Assembly (NCBI RefSeq): GCF_018350175.1
Contig: NC_058372.1
Span: 75,020,001-75,084,000 of the forward strand
Origin: Felis catus
Lineage: Eukaryota
DNA: 64,000 nucleotides
Direction: 5' to 3'
Each line of letters starts with the position of its first letter. Positions within the stretch are counted from its first letter, which is position 1. Below, piece after piece: positions 49,140-62,169 of this stretch. The notes below the pieces were generated by a model, which saw only the letters and a list, made by a program, of their open reading frames with translations, had not been told where the DNA came from and made no database searches. Both the position numbers and the translations under genes were made by a program.

Positions 49140-49740
49140 AAAAAAAGCCCAGGGAGTTGAATTAACTGTAAATTCAACATAAAACAACAGTTTGATATCA
49201 CTCCCCCAAAAGGAAATCCCATTTTATTAATGAGCAAAATGACAAGAAGAGGATTTATAGGAGGCAGCCCTCTTTCAGCTGTCATTGATCAGACTATGTC
49301 TGAATATTCTTTTGTTCTGGAAGCCACATTTTTAAAGATGGTTATAGGCAAGTTGAGTACATCTACATAAGAAAGGGTGAGGGAATGAAATTGAAGAATG
49401 TGTCAATGTTTAATATGGACGGAGAAAGACAACATGGAGATGGTAGGTAGCATAGTTATGTTCAAAAAAGTTAAGTGCTGTCTTCTAGAAGGTGGAATAG
49501 ACTTTCTTTATATAGACTCAGGAGTCCCCATCAGTGGACATTATGGGAAAGCAGATCTAAATTTATGGAATTAAAGTCATTTATAATACATGTTAGTACT
49601 ATTCAAAGCAAAATGGTCTGTCATGAAAGATGATGAATTCTTTGGAATTAGACTTTTATCTAGATGATACGATCTGTGGGGGATATTACAGAGGATGTGA
49701 GAGTTTGGATCGATGTTTGTTAACAATTCTGAAAGTCAAT
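49140..49740 (+). mobile_element. L3/CR1 3' fragment
   Basis: tgatcagactatgtctgaatattc...ttctggaagccacattttt...ttgaagaa...atgtttaat...ggaatagactt follows the CR1/L3 3' order. Confidence 0.65.
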
Positions 49741-50286
49741 AACTCAAATTGTCTTCTCAAGAAATCCACAACTTGGTATGCTTTCGAATCTGCAGAACCT
49801 ACAGTTACTTCTCTTTTGTGTCATGCTTATGATTAACTGGGATGCTATGCTTAGGAATGAGAAAGGGCTGGGTGAGATGCTAGAATGACAGCTGAAATGA
49901 TGAAAGTTGGTCTTTAAGGATGAAAGAGGTGACTTGAAAAGATGTTACCATCAAATCCTTTAGTAATAAATAGTTGGATGAAAAGCTGAAAGCTTGTGTT
50001 AACGGTCACTATTCCAATCGCTGATATTTTGCAATGAGGAACGGTTTTATTAGATTTCATTCCAGCAAAAATTAAATCCATTTAAATCCTCAGAAGGAAT
50101 GTTGAAGGAATATTGCAGAAACAAGAGAAATAGCTATGGACTCACATAGTTTTGAGTCTTTGAGAATGAAAGATATACTTAAGACATATTTTTGAGTGAA
50201 TCTTTTTATTCTTGCAAAGCTGGTTTCTGAACTAGGAACTTTCTGTGATTGATTATTAAAGTCTTGTCTCAAAAACTCCCAAAATT

Positions 50287-50503
50287 GGGGCGCCTGGGTG
50301 GCTCAGTCGGTTGAGCGTCTGACTTCGGCTCAGGTCATGATCTCGCAGTCTGTGAGTTCGAGCCCCACGTCGGGCTATGTGCTGACCGCTCAGAGCCTGA
50401 AGCCTGCTTCAGATTCTGTCTCCCTCTCTCTCCGCCCCTCCCCCACTCATGCTCTGTCTCTCTGTCAAAAATAAATAAACATTAAAAAAAATTAAAAAAA
50501 AAA
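50287..50503 (+). mobile_element. Felid CAN-SINE
   Basis: TSD ctcccaaaat. Confidence 0.96.
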
Positions 50504-51220
50504 CCCTCCCAAAATAATAGCATATTTATTGCTACCTATGTCAATGATTTTCATAAGACAGCGCTCATTACTTTGGAGTACTAGTATAAACAGAGTCAAA
50601 GATTCAGATTATTATTGTAATCCTTCAAGGCTTTTTGCTTTAATTGAATGATTTGTGGCAAACTACAAGGACATAATTCAGCCAAAGGAATGTTCTGAGT
50701 CTCTTTGATTTGTCTTCTCATGCCCCTTGAAGTGTTGCACAGTGTAAGCAGCAAAAAACAACCAACATTTTGGAGTTCCTTCTTATAATAACTTACTTTG
50801 ATCTATTGGGTTTTGGGATTTTGTTTTAAATTCTTAAGAAATGTCTATAAATACTGTATTTAGCTGTTTAATTAGGGTAATGGGGTACTGTAGTAAACTA
50901 GTTTAATTAAAAATGCTTGATTGAAACTATTTTATCTTGTGGCAGATAGATTTTGTGGCTCCAAAACAGATGACCCATGTAACACACATTTCATCTCAAG
51001 ACAATTTGGCTTTGTCTTTCCCGTCAATGAGATTTTGTTTTGTTTTATTTTGGTTTGATTCTTGCTGTCATCAGGAATTTTGTAGATCTTGAAATTTTGA
51101 TTAGGTTTAAACTTTAGGTTCTTTATTTTGAAAGAAAATATATCACATATAGGTACATATTATCTGTCATTTCAAGACATAGTTCAGAAATTATTCCATC
51201 TTGTAAACATTTTTTTCTCA

Positions 51221-51222
<2 letters not shown>

Positions 51223-51272
<50 letters not shown>

Positions 51273-51479
51273 ATAAAGTTTATTTATTTATTTTGAGAGA
51301 AGGAGAGAGAGACAACATGAGTTGGGGGAGGAGCAGAGAGGGAAAGAGAGAATCCCAAGCAGGCTCCATGCTGTCAGAGCAAAGTCTGACCCCAGGCTTG
51401 ATCTCACTAACTGTGAGGTCATGACCTGAGCCAAAACCAAGAGTCAGATGCTTAACTGACTGAACCACCCAGGCACCCC
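51223..51479 (-). mobile_element. CAN-SINE with a (TA)~20 microsatellite in its tail (51223-51263)
   Basis: Directly visible. Confidence 0.93.
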
Positions 51480-52539
51480 AGATCATTTATATTTTAAGTC
51501 TATTTTTCCTTGATGAGTGCTAGGCCAAGTGACATTTCTTTTGAAGATAGCAGGCATAAATAAATTGGAATGAAAGGAGCTAATTAGGTTCAAACATATA
51601 ACATGTTGGTACCCAAAAACATTTGAAAGTTTCCATTGCTAAATAAGCACATAGTCAAATTTAAATGGATTAAATATGAACATTAGGGCATATTTATTTG
51701 ATTGCTATCGGCCCTCCCACCCAGCTAGAAAATTTGCATTTAGAACAAATACTTTATAATCAACAAAATGCTAAGTAAAGGAAGTAGAGCTGGAAGGTTA
51801 TAAGACTCCTTTCTCCAAAGATTTATAAACAGGTGTCCCTAGCATACACACATACACATAAACACACACCCACACATGCCTTCCATCAACAACTGCTGCT
51901 GCTTTACCCTATGGACCAATTCTGTTCTTGGCTGATGGCCACGTGTTTCTGGCTTTGGGCCTTGACGTTGTCCTTAAAAAAGGAAACAGATGACTGGAGG
52001 AAACTAGTCCAAGAAGCTGTAGGTCTAAATGATCAAAGTAGCCAGCAATCCTAGGGAGAGAAATGCACTCATGCCCTTGCAAAGCCTGAAGTACTGCCCA
52101 TGGAATACTTTGATGGCAAGAAACAAATAAAAAGTGGCATTAATTCAGAGGAGAGCTTGTAGGGACTAAGGAGAAGTATCACATCAAGTCTGAACGTTCT
52201 TGTATCCCGGCTACATTCAAGGGATTTTAAATTAGTAATATTGATGAAGAACTCTGTTTTGAGTGATATGGATTTAACTACTCCAAAAGGCATTAACGTA
52301 TGAAAGTTTACTAGGAAATAGAAAAGAGAACCTGATAAAGTGGAAATTCACACAGTCCATGTTTCTAGTTGGGAAGTCTAAACAGGATATCAATTCTTCC
52401 CAAATTAATTTAAAATTTTAACACAGATTCTGTCTGAACAGAATCTCAGTGAAATTTGGAGGAATTTATATTAATATTAATATACATAAAGAGATGACAC
52501 TTGACAGAGCTAACTGGTTAGGATCTATTTCCCTATCCC

Positions 52540-54900
52540 AACCATTTCAAACATAGAGAAATTCTAGATAAAATGTAATATACAAAGCAAGTAAGTAGCT
52601 AAAACGAGAGATGGAGGAAAAAAAACAAAACCAAAACAAAACCCTAAAACTTTGCATTCAAAATGAGCTTACAAACCAAAATTTTACCATACATAAGGAA
52701 ATTTAACTTCAGAAATATGACCAAATTTCTATACGATGTGAAGAAATATAATCTTAGTATCCAACAAGATCAACAGTAAAACATGGATTGACCTCAGATT
52801 AAAATAGAATTATATCAGTTGGATAAAAGCTTTAACATAATAAATCTCTGTAGGATGCTCAAAGAGTTAAATGAAAGAATCAGAGTTACAAAAGAATAAA
52901 ATGTAAAAGGTGAAATTAAAAAAGTTAAATGGATATGAAGAAAAAAACACGTTAAAATTATGAAAATAAAAGATAGAGAACTGAGAGACTCTAAAAATAG
53001 ACTGGACCTAATCAAAGAGAGAATTAGCAAACTGAAAGATGGAACTGAAGAGTTTGCTCAGAGGGATAAAGAGAGAAGATACATGAAAGAGCAGTTGAGA
53101 CATATGTATAGCAGCTCTCATGCATGTCTGACAGAAGTTCCAGAAGACGGGAGTGAAGGAAAAATAACATTTGAAGAAAATATTTTCATTTTTACCTGAG
53201 AAAAGAAATGAGTTCTCATAACAAACTATGCTATGAATCTCAAGCAAGATAAATAAATTCAAAGCAAGATGGTTATCATAGCGAAACCGAAGAACATCAA
53301 GAAAAAATAAAATTATTAAAGCTACCAAAGAAAAAGGCAAATTATATTGAAAGGAAATACTTTGAAACAGGCAACAAACTTTTCCTCAGCATCCACAGAC
53401 AATAGGATACTATCTTCAAAGTGCTGAAGAAACATACCCAAGTGGCAAAACTAGTATGAAAAAAAGGTGAGGTAAAAGTAAAAAAAAAGAGAGTCAAACA
53501 TATGTGGGAAAAAGAGTTCACCACTGACACAGTCTTTCTAAATTATCAATGTGACAATAACACTGGATGGAGAGTGGGGGCATGGAATCCAGAAAACAAC
53601 TGTGAGCTCAGAAAATGATAAAAAGACCTATTAAATGTAATTGGCTATTTAAACATAATTAATAATTTTTGCATTTAAGATGGAAAAATGAAATTCTAAA
53701 TGACATTAATATGGTGGATGAGTGGTTGAAGAGTTAAACTGAAATAATGTCTTATTTGAGAGGCAGATAGAAGTAGTATGAAAAAGTAAATTTTTTTAGA
53801 AACATTTAAATATATATAAACATTTAAGTGCAACCACCAAAAAAGTACAAATAGTCTATAGCTTCCACATCAGCAGTGGAGAAAAAAGGGGGAATGTGAA
53901 AAATATCACTTCAAAAAGAGGCACTAAGAGAGGAAAAAAGAAGTATATAAAAATGATTTTAAAAATCCCCAAATAAGGTAGATAAATAAATTCAAATATA
54001 TCAATAATTAAAACAAATACCAAAGGATTGAATTCACAAATTAAAAATAATTATCTAATTAGATTCTTAAATCCAACAATATACTACTTTTAATAAACAC
54101 AGTTTAAACAAAAACATACAGATAAGTTGAAAATCAAAACATGAACACAGATAAACACACTATTGCTACTTTAATAGCAATATCAATGTTACAAACAGAA
54201 TTTGAACCAAGATCAAGAGGCATGGCATAATAATAGAAAAATCCATCAAGAACATAAATCACAAACTTGTAAGCACTTAACCAAATAGCCATAATGTGTA
54301 TATAAAACAACAATTAAGAAAATAATAAGCAAATTTGATAAGTCTGCAATCAGAGTGGGTGATTTAACATAGCTTTCAAAAATTTATAAATCAGGCAGAC
54401 ATAAAATTAAGGATATGGAATATCTTACTAATGATGAATAACATGTTGATTCGATAGATACATATAGAAAACCATACTTTCCAATCAGACAATACACATT
54501 GAACATTTATAAAACATTCAAGGCAGGAAGAAATTCCAGTAAATTCCAAAAAAATCAGTGCAGTAGCCATCAATTCTCTCGGTATAAGAGTTTACTAGAA
54601 ACTCACAATTAAAAAGCCAAAACCTTGAAAATATGTAGGAAAATATGTAAGAAAACGTTGGAAAACAGCAAGAAAAGAGTTGCCAATCATGTATGCGGAC
54701 ATACCACAGAGCCACAATAATAAAAACTGTTGCTGGCTCAAAAATATAGTCCAGAAACAGACAATACTATCTAGATTGAAATAGACAGTATCTGTAACTA
54801 TAAATATCACATGCAAATCAATGAGAAAAAATTGCCATGAACTTCAGTAGATAAAATGAGCATTGGAAAGTGAATTATTCACAGAAGAAGAAATACAATA
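52540..54900 (+). mobile_element. Old L1M relic: ORF1, inter-ORF and ORF2 endonuclease region
   Basis: ORF 52960-53199 (KNRLDLIKERISKLKDGTEE...EVPE) is ORF1p-like; gtgggtgatttaaca (VGDFN-like) near 54355. Confidence 0.75.
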
Positions 54901-55167
54901 TAAGTTTAATGTTTTATATATATTTAAACAAGATTTTATTTTCCCTAATTAAATTATGGAACCCAGTAAATTTTGATTATGATTATAAAGGATCTTATTA
55001 TATTCTGATAGTGAAGTTTTGATGATATTCCAGGTAATCACATGATAATATGCTTTATCACAATTTAAAAGAAATAAGCTTGCTGAACTATAAATACAGT
55101 GTCTTTTTAACTTCACAAAAAAACTGGAAGAAAATACATGACCATGCTAACTTTATTTCTCTTGGGT

Positions 55168-55359
55168 NNNNNNNNNNNNNNNNNNNNNNNNNNNNNNNNN
55201 NNNNNNNNNNNNNNNNNNNNNNNNNNNNNNNNNNNNNNNNNNNNNNNNNNNNNNNNNNNNNNNNNNNNNNNNNNNNNNNNNNNNNNNNNNNNNNNNNNNN
55301 NNNNNNNNNNNNNNNNNNNNNNNNNNNNNNNNNNNNNNNNNNNNNNNNNNNNNNNNNNN
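55168..55359. other. Assembly gap (192 N) at a SINE tail
   Basis: Run of N. Confidence 1.
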
Positions 55360-55526
55360 GAGTGATCAGGGGAGGGTCAGAGAGAGAGGAAGACAGAGAA
55401 TCCCAGGCAGGCTCTGCGTGGTCAGCACGGAGCTTGACACGTGGCTCAAACTCACAAACAGTGAGATCATGGCCTACGTCGAAATCAAGAGTTGGACGCT
55501 TAACCAACTGAACCACCAGGTAGCCC
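55360..55526 (-). mobile_element. CAN-SINE, tail hidden in the gap
   Basis: Head and body visible. Confidence 0.9.
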
Positions 55527-55605
55527 TAATTTCTATTCTTTGAAATACTTTGCTGTGTACTCCAAGTAGAGCCTGTATTCCCTTTCATTAATAAGTAATT
55601 ACATT

Positions 55606-55607
55606 GA

Positions 55608-55655
<48 letters not shown>

Positions 55656-55657
55656 AA
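55606..55657 (+). repeat. (GAAA)13 microsatellite
   Basis: Directly visible. Confidence 0.97.
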
Positions 55658-55920
55658 AGGAAAAAAAAAAAAGAACCTGCATGTGGCTGGAGGTGGAGTA
55701 ACAGATCAGGAAGGAACTTCAAGGATAAAGGAAGTAACAAATTTTGAAATCCTAGAAAATCCTACAAGTCTTGCCTAATGACAAAGACCTTTTTCTATCT
55801 TTTATGACCTAGTCCAGGCAAAACCAAACACATGAACAAATTAATATTTGCATTTAATTTCATGCAAGCATTTCCTGAGCAGTCCTTATGATGGTGCTTA
55901 GAAATATTAATGAATTACAT

Positions 55921-56127
55921 GGGGCGCCTGGGTGCCTCTGTCAGCTGAGTGTCCAACTTCGGCTCAGGTCATGATCTCATTGTTCATGAGTTCAAGCCCC
56001 GCATTGGACTTGCTGCTGTCAGTGTAGAGTCTGCTTCAGATTCTCTGTCTACCTCTTTCTCTGCCCCTCCCCTGCTCATGCTTGATCTCTCTATCTCTAT
56101 CTCAAAAATAAATAAATATTAAAAAAA
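55921..56127 (+). mobile_element. CAN-SINE
   Basis: TSD agaaatattaatgaa. Confidence 0.94.
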
Positions 56128-56374
56128 GAAATATTAATGAACTAGAGTTATAGTCCCATGTATTGCCATGTAATTGGATTTCTCATTCAATTATTGGTGA
56201 ATCTCTGGTTAGTAGCTAAAGCCCTTCTCTTAGTAATGTTTATTATACAGTTTAATGTTATTGTTTCTTCAGGGTCAATGAATTAATTGATCAGCCAATC
56301 TTTACTGACACACTTTGTTTAGATACGTAGCTTTAATAGAGCTCCGTTTCCTGGTACACATAATGAAGGGTGTT

Positions 56375-56500
56375 CTAATGCTTTCCAAACTTTACTGTGT
56401 TTGTGAATGACTTAGGGATCTCGTTAAACCACAGATTCTGGTTCAGTGTGAAGGAAGTGGAGCCTGAAAGTCTGCATCGCTATCTAACACTTATTTTTAG
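56375..56500. mobile_element. MER5-like hAT MITE fragment
   Basis: gaatgacttagggatctcgttaaaccacagattctggttcagtg...gagcctgaaagtctgcat. Confidence 0.6.
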
Positions 56501-56919
56501 TAGCAGGGTTCCAGAGACCTTTGAGGCCCCCAGGGGCTTCAGAGGACCATGTTTCATCACTCACTGTTCAGGTGATTTCTACAGAAGTCTGGGACTTAGG
56601 GTGAGTTATGCTGCAAAGGGTCACTTCTTCATTCCCTCCCTACCAACAATTTTATCAACTTGAGTCTTTTGGCCGGAGGGCAGAGGGGGAAAGGGACACC
56701 TGCCAGATTGACTCTCAGCGTGGAAAAGATGGCTGAATGGTGGCAGCAGCAGGAGGAGGAAGGAGAATTATAGGCTGACAAGAGTCACATTTGCTGACTG
56801 AGTTCTATTTTATTGATGCTGCGCCCTTCGCCTGCCTTCTCACTGGAACTAATTAAATAGGCCCTTCAGGCTGATATGTGATACAGCTTCAACCCCACCA
56901 AATTGTACAATTACATTTA

Positions 56920-57120
56920 ATTTTCCCACTCCTCCAAGCCCTGGGGACTGTTCTATCCACTAGTCTAGTGCCAGGCACTGAAGGCAATAGAAAACAAGCA
57001 GGCTTGATTTTCTTCTCTGAGGGAGCTTATACTCTGGTTGATGAGGCAAGAAAGAGGGAGAATAAGTAATAAGAGAAAAGCGAGAATAATCTAGATATTG
57101 TCACTTACTCTGATGGACTG
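56920..57120 (-). mobile_element. L2 3' fragment
   Basis: gtgccaggcactg...gggagcttatactctggttg. Confidence 0.5.
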
Positions 57121-58399
57121 AGGACACAATGTTAACCTTGCTTTATTTGAGGGAAGTTTTGGGTGATATGAATTTAATAAGAGAAAACATTGCATCTGAA
57201 TTGTTCCTAATCAAGCTAATTGAACAAAGGGAAGAGTTCCAAGAATACTGTTAGTACTGAAGGAGAGCATTTATTTTCAGTGCAAGACATAGGCCCTAAG
57301 AAAACCCCCATTCCTTTCCCCAATGACATGTGAACTCTTACAGTAAGGTTGATATTCCATTTTTACATCATTGCTAGGATCAAATAATAGTAATGAGATT
57401 TTTAATCAATGACACAAGTTCTAAATTCATAATACGAAACTATTTTTTGTTTTTATGTCAAGGAATAAAATTGATACAGTTTTTATTGGCCAGCAGAGAA
57501 ACAAAGGAATTTTGGTTTGACAGTTGGTAAGGCAGTCCAAAACACTGGGTTAGTATTCCTGATATTAAAACTTATTACAAATGCCTTTATTGGCTGGTAT
57601 CAAAAAGGCACAGTGTGACCTCACGAAGCCTAATGCGTAGGAAACTGATTTGAAATTCACAGCAAAGGTCTGGTGTCCTTAGGTAAGTAACGTTTACACT
57701 TTGCCTAGCGGACCTTTCTCTGTTTGGGGCTGCCCTGTGGGTTAGTAGCAACTGTTTCAGGAGAAGCCTTAGTGGTAACTTGGTTCTCAGCTTGTGGTAT
57801 GGCGGAACAAGAAAACTCTTGAGGGAGAAAAGGATTAATGTCCCCAAATTAGGAATTTTAAAATGTTTACCTGATTTAATGGATAAAGATTTTAAGTGCC
57901 CTGAATGGAATTTGAATTTTATACTCATGAGATCCTAATCTGGATTTAGGGAGACAGGAAAAGGCTAAAGAGGTTTTTGGGAAATGATCCCTGCACTCCT
58001 AGAATTTGGCCAAAACTCACAGGATCAGAAGTTAATATCTAAACCACGGCCTAAACTCGAGCATACTTCTATGAGATCCTAGGAGTTCTCTTTTCCCCTG
58101 GTGATATTAAAGCACTTTTTCTTAGAGTTACATCATTTCCCTCCAACACCTTTTTTCATATTCAATCTTTCTCGAAAAACAAACTCTCTTTCAAAAGTAC
58201 ATTTTAAAAAGCCTTCCTAGTGACCTTACAGTGCACTAAGTATTTAGGTCAGTGAGATTTTAGAGCATTTTCTAAAGTAAATAGGGAAGTTTTGGCATAT
58301 ACTACAGGCTGCAAATTAAGATCAGGCTTGAATGAAATCTATAGTCTTTCCAATGAAATCTGGGGTCACTTTGAAGGATTGGGATCTTTTTCAGACCTG

Positions 58400-59050
58400 A
58401 CATAATCTGCATTCCGTCCTCATGGATCTCTATGGTGGAAACCATTCCCCTTCCAGGAAGAATTGGATGCCCTAGCTGTCAGCACCTTCTAGGTTTGCCT
58501 CAGCTGCAGACAGCCCCTCCCTCAATGGCACACCCTTCCCAGAGGCCCATATCCAGGCACTGATAGTGGCAAGATTACAAAGACCCACTGAGACATCAAG
58601 ATGATGAATAGTATGTGTTCTAATTCCCCAGGGGGAGTGGCTGAGGCTCTATCTTCCTGTATCATAGTTTGACATTTCCCCATGCTCAATCTGCCCCTGC
58701 CCCTCCCTTACACTTGTGCTGACTGTTGCATCCAGAGAAGCCAACCTGAGACAGTACCAGGAGTGGTTCTAAAGAATACAGGCAATAAGTGAGGGCTTTG
58801 GTGTTGGATCACTTATGCCTAGCTGACTGTGAGGACTCCAATACTGGAGATAAGTGGAACATAGAGAGCCCCTAGCTCTGGTTGTGAATAAGGATGATAT
58901 ACTATTAGAAAGAAATTCACTAGTAGATGCAATTTATCAAGCATGTTGAAAAGTATGAAGAAAGAGTACCTATAAAGAAAATAGTGCTGAATGGCTATTG
59001 CTTAGCACCACTGGTGCACTAGAAGATGAAAGCTACAGCTTACGAACCGG
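58400..59050 (+). mobile_element. ERVL 5' LTR (LTR16-like, to 58753) plus PBS and start of internal gag (ERV3-16A3-like)
   Basis: gctgtcagcaccttctagg...gcctcagctgcagacagcc; LTR end gagaagccaacctgagaca followed by gtaccaggagtgg (Leu-type PBS remnant) and gag-like WIT...EDSNTGDKWNIESP. Confidence 0.75.
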
Positions 59051-60256
59051 TGCTTTCACCAATAGGAAATGAGTTGGGTTTTCAGATAAACGAGTAAGAA
59101 GTCCACAGAGGGTTTGGGGTAGATGACAACACTCTGAAAGACAAAAAAGAAGCGGAGGAGGAGCAGGAGAAGAAAAAGAAGTTTAGAAGGGATAAAGATT
59201 TCAGAAAAACAAAAAAACAAAAAAGAGGGTGAGGAGTTAGCTGCACCAATAAAACTTGTTGCAGTAAAGCTGACTATTGTTGGTCACTCTCCTTATTAGT
59301 CTTCCTTTAGTCAACCTACCTTTCCTTGCGGTTTTCCAGGGGTTACATACATTTGTGTACATATGTTTGTGAATTTCAGCTATGAATATTTAAATCCTTT
59401 CACACATAAATGTGTCAGTTGACTTTCCTTCATTGAGCTATTTGTCATGATTGCTAATAACTAGATGTGCAAAGTGATAATACATCTCTTTCATTTATAT
59501 GGGTAATACTCTTGAATTACACTTATCTGAATGCATTCTACATTGATCACATCAAAAGCAAAAAATGTGAGCATTTTTCTGCCTTTATCATCTTGTCATA
59601 TGGAATTAAGATACTAAATGAACATAATAAGCATTTTTTATTGAGGTATAATTGATATATAACATTGTTAGTTTCAAGTGTACAATATAATGATTCAGTA
59701 TTTGTATATATTGAGAATTGATTGCCACAGTAAGTCTAGTTAACATTTGTTACCACACATAGTTACAAATTTGTGTGTGTGTAACAAGAACTTTTAAGAT
59801 CTACTCTCTTAGCAACTTTCAAATATATAATGCAGTATTATTAACTATAGTTACCAGGGCTTTTATTTTATAACTGGAAATTTGTACCTTTTGACCACCT
59901 TCATCCATTTTGCCCCTCCCCAACCCCTGCCTCTGGTAAACACCAATCTGATCTCTGTATCTCTGAGTTTGATGGGTTTTGTTGTTGTTGTTTTAGATTT
60001 CACATACACCTAAAATCACAGTGTTTGGCCTTCTCCATCTGACTTATTTCACTTAGCATAGTGCCTTCGAGGTCCATCCATGTTGTTGTAAGTGGCAAGA
60101 TTTCCTTCTTTTTTGCGGCTGAATAATATACATATAATGATTTCTTTACCCATTTATCCTGTGATGGATACTTAGGTTGTTTCCATATCTTGGCTATTGT
60201 AAATAACGCTGCAATGCACAAAGAGGTGCATGTATCTTTTTGAGTTAGTGTTTTTC

Positions 60257-60480
60257 TTTTCTTTTAAAAAATTTTTTTAACGTTTATTCATTTTTGAGAG
60301 GCAGAGAGAACAGAGCGTGAGTGGGGGAGGAGCAGAGAGAGAGGGAGACAGAATCCAAAGCAGGCTCCAGACTTTGAGCTGTCAGCACAGCACAGCACAC
60401 GGGGCTCAAACTCACTGACCACGACATCATGACCTGAGCCGAAGTCGGACACTCAACCGGCTGAGCTTCCCAGGTGACCC
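60257..60480 (-). mobile_element. Felid CAN-SINE nested in L1
   Basis: TSD gtgttttt. Confidence 0.93.
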
Positions 60481-60552
60481 TGGTGTTTTTATTTTCTTCA
60501 GCTAAATAGCCAGAAATGGAATTGCTGGATCACACGGTAGTTCTATTATTAA

Positions 60553-60774
60553 NNNNNNNNNNNNNNNNNNNNNNNNNNNNNNNNNNNNNNNNNNNNNNNN
60601 NNNNNNNNNNNNNNNNNNNNNNNNNNNNNNNNNNNNNNNNNNNNNNNNNNNNNNNNNNNNNNNNNNNNNNNNNNNNNNNNNNNNNNNNNNNNNNNNNNNN
60701 NNNNNNNNNNNNNNNNNNNNNNNNNNNNNNNNNNNNNNNNNNNNNNNNNNNNNNNNNNNNNNNNNNNNNNNNNN
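60553..60774. other. Assembly gap (222 N) inside L1
   Basis: Run of N. Confidence 1.
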
Positions 60775-61379
60775 CATTGGCTGTCTGCACATTTTCTTTG
60801 GAAAAATATTTATTCAGATCTTCTGCCCATTTTAGAAAGCAGATTTTTTTTTTTTGCCAGAGTTGTATGAGTTCTTTATACATTTTGAATCATAACTCCT
60901 TATCAGAAATATAATTTACAACTGTTTTTCCATTCATTAGGTCCCATTTTGTCGATGATTTCTTTTACTGTGCAGGAGGTTTTTAGTCTGACGTAGTACC
61001 ACTTGTTTATTTCTGCTTTTGCTGCCTTTGATTTTAGTGTCAGATCCAAAAAGTATCACCGAGATGGATGTCGAGAAGCTTACTGCCTATATTCTCTTCT
61101 AAAGTTTTCCGGTTTTAGGACTTACATTCAAGTATTTAATCCATTTTGAGTTGGTATTTGTGTATGGTGCAAGACAGTGATCCAGTTTCATAATTTTGCA
61201 CGTAGCTGTTTAGTTTTCTTAGCACCATTTACTGGAGAGACTGTTCTTTCCCCACTGTGTATTCTTGGCTTCTTTGTCATAACTTAATCAACCATATGTA
61301 TTTGGTTTCATTTCTGGGCTCTCTGGTCTGTTCCGTTAATCCATGTGTCAGTTTTTATGTCAATATCATACTGCTTTTT

Positions 61380-61589
61380 GGTTTTTTGTTTGTTTATTTA
61401 TTTTGAGAGAGACAGAGACAGTTTGGGGGGGGGGCAAGCAGAGAGAGAAGGAGAGAGAGAATCCCAAGCAGGACCTCTGCTGCCAACTCAGAGCCCAACG
61501 TGGGGCTTAAACCCACAAAATTGTGAGATCATGACCTGAGCTAAAACCAAGAGCTGGATGCTTAACTGACTGAGCCACGCAGGTGTCCT
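61380..61589 (-). mobile_element. CAN-SINE abutting the L1 5' truncation point
   Basis: Full body; no own TSD evident. Confidence 0.93.
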
Positions 61590-62169
61590 GAGCCTTTTAG
61601 GAAATTTTCTAAATGATTTAAAAATGAACAGAAAAGTTAAAGCCAATAAAACCTGGAAGGTAAACACTGGAGATATGAGAGCATTGGTTTAACTAGTTCC
61701 AGATAGAGAGGTAAAATGACACTGAGAAAAATATGTTACTTCCTTCATATTGGATTATGGATAAATTTATGCACTTGCCATTTTAAAATAGAAATTGTCT
61801 AAGAAAGTTTTCATGGGAAAAGGGACAGAAATGTTTACTCACTCTCAAATGAAAATGATCTCTCAGGCAGCCTATGGAAACGACACTGAACAGGTTTGTT
61901 GGGGACAGTATAAACATCTTAAGATTTGGAATTCCATGTATAACACACATAATCAAGTTCTGGTGCTATATCTTTTTCCCAAAGACAGAGACAATATTGT
62001 TTAAAATTTTGAAATATCATTCAAAAATTAAACAAAGCTAGGAATCAAGAGAACTTGGCCAAATCACCTCACTTCCTGGGACTTCCATTATCTCTTTTTT
62101 ATATAGGTGGTTCTCAAACCTAGATGCACATTAGAATCATTTGGGAGCTTTTTATATATAAAAAAAAAC

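Larger units (their letters stand above)
59634..61378 (-). mobile_element. 5'-truncated L1 (L1MA9/early carnivore type), ORF2 end and 3'UTR
   Basis: Minus ORF MCIAALFTIAKIWKQPK...TTWMDLEGTMLSEISQ; diagnostic 3'UTR ttgaggtataattga...aagatctactctcttagcaactttcaa. Confidence 0.93.
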
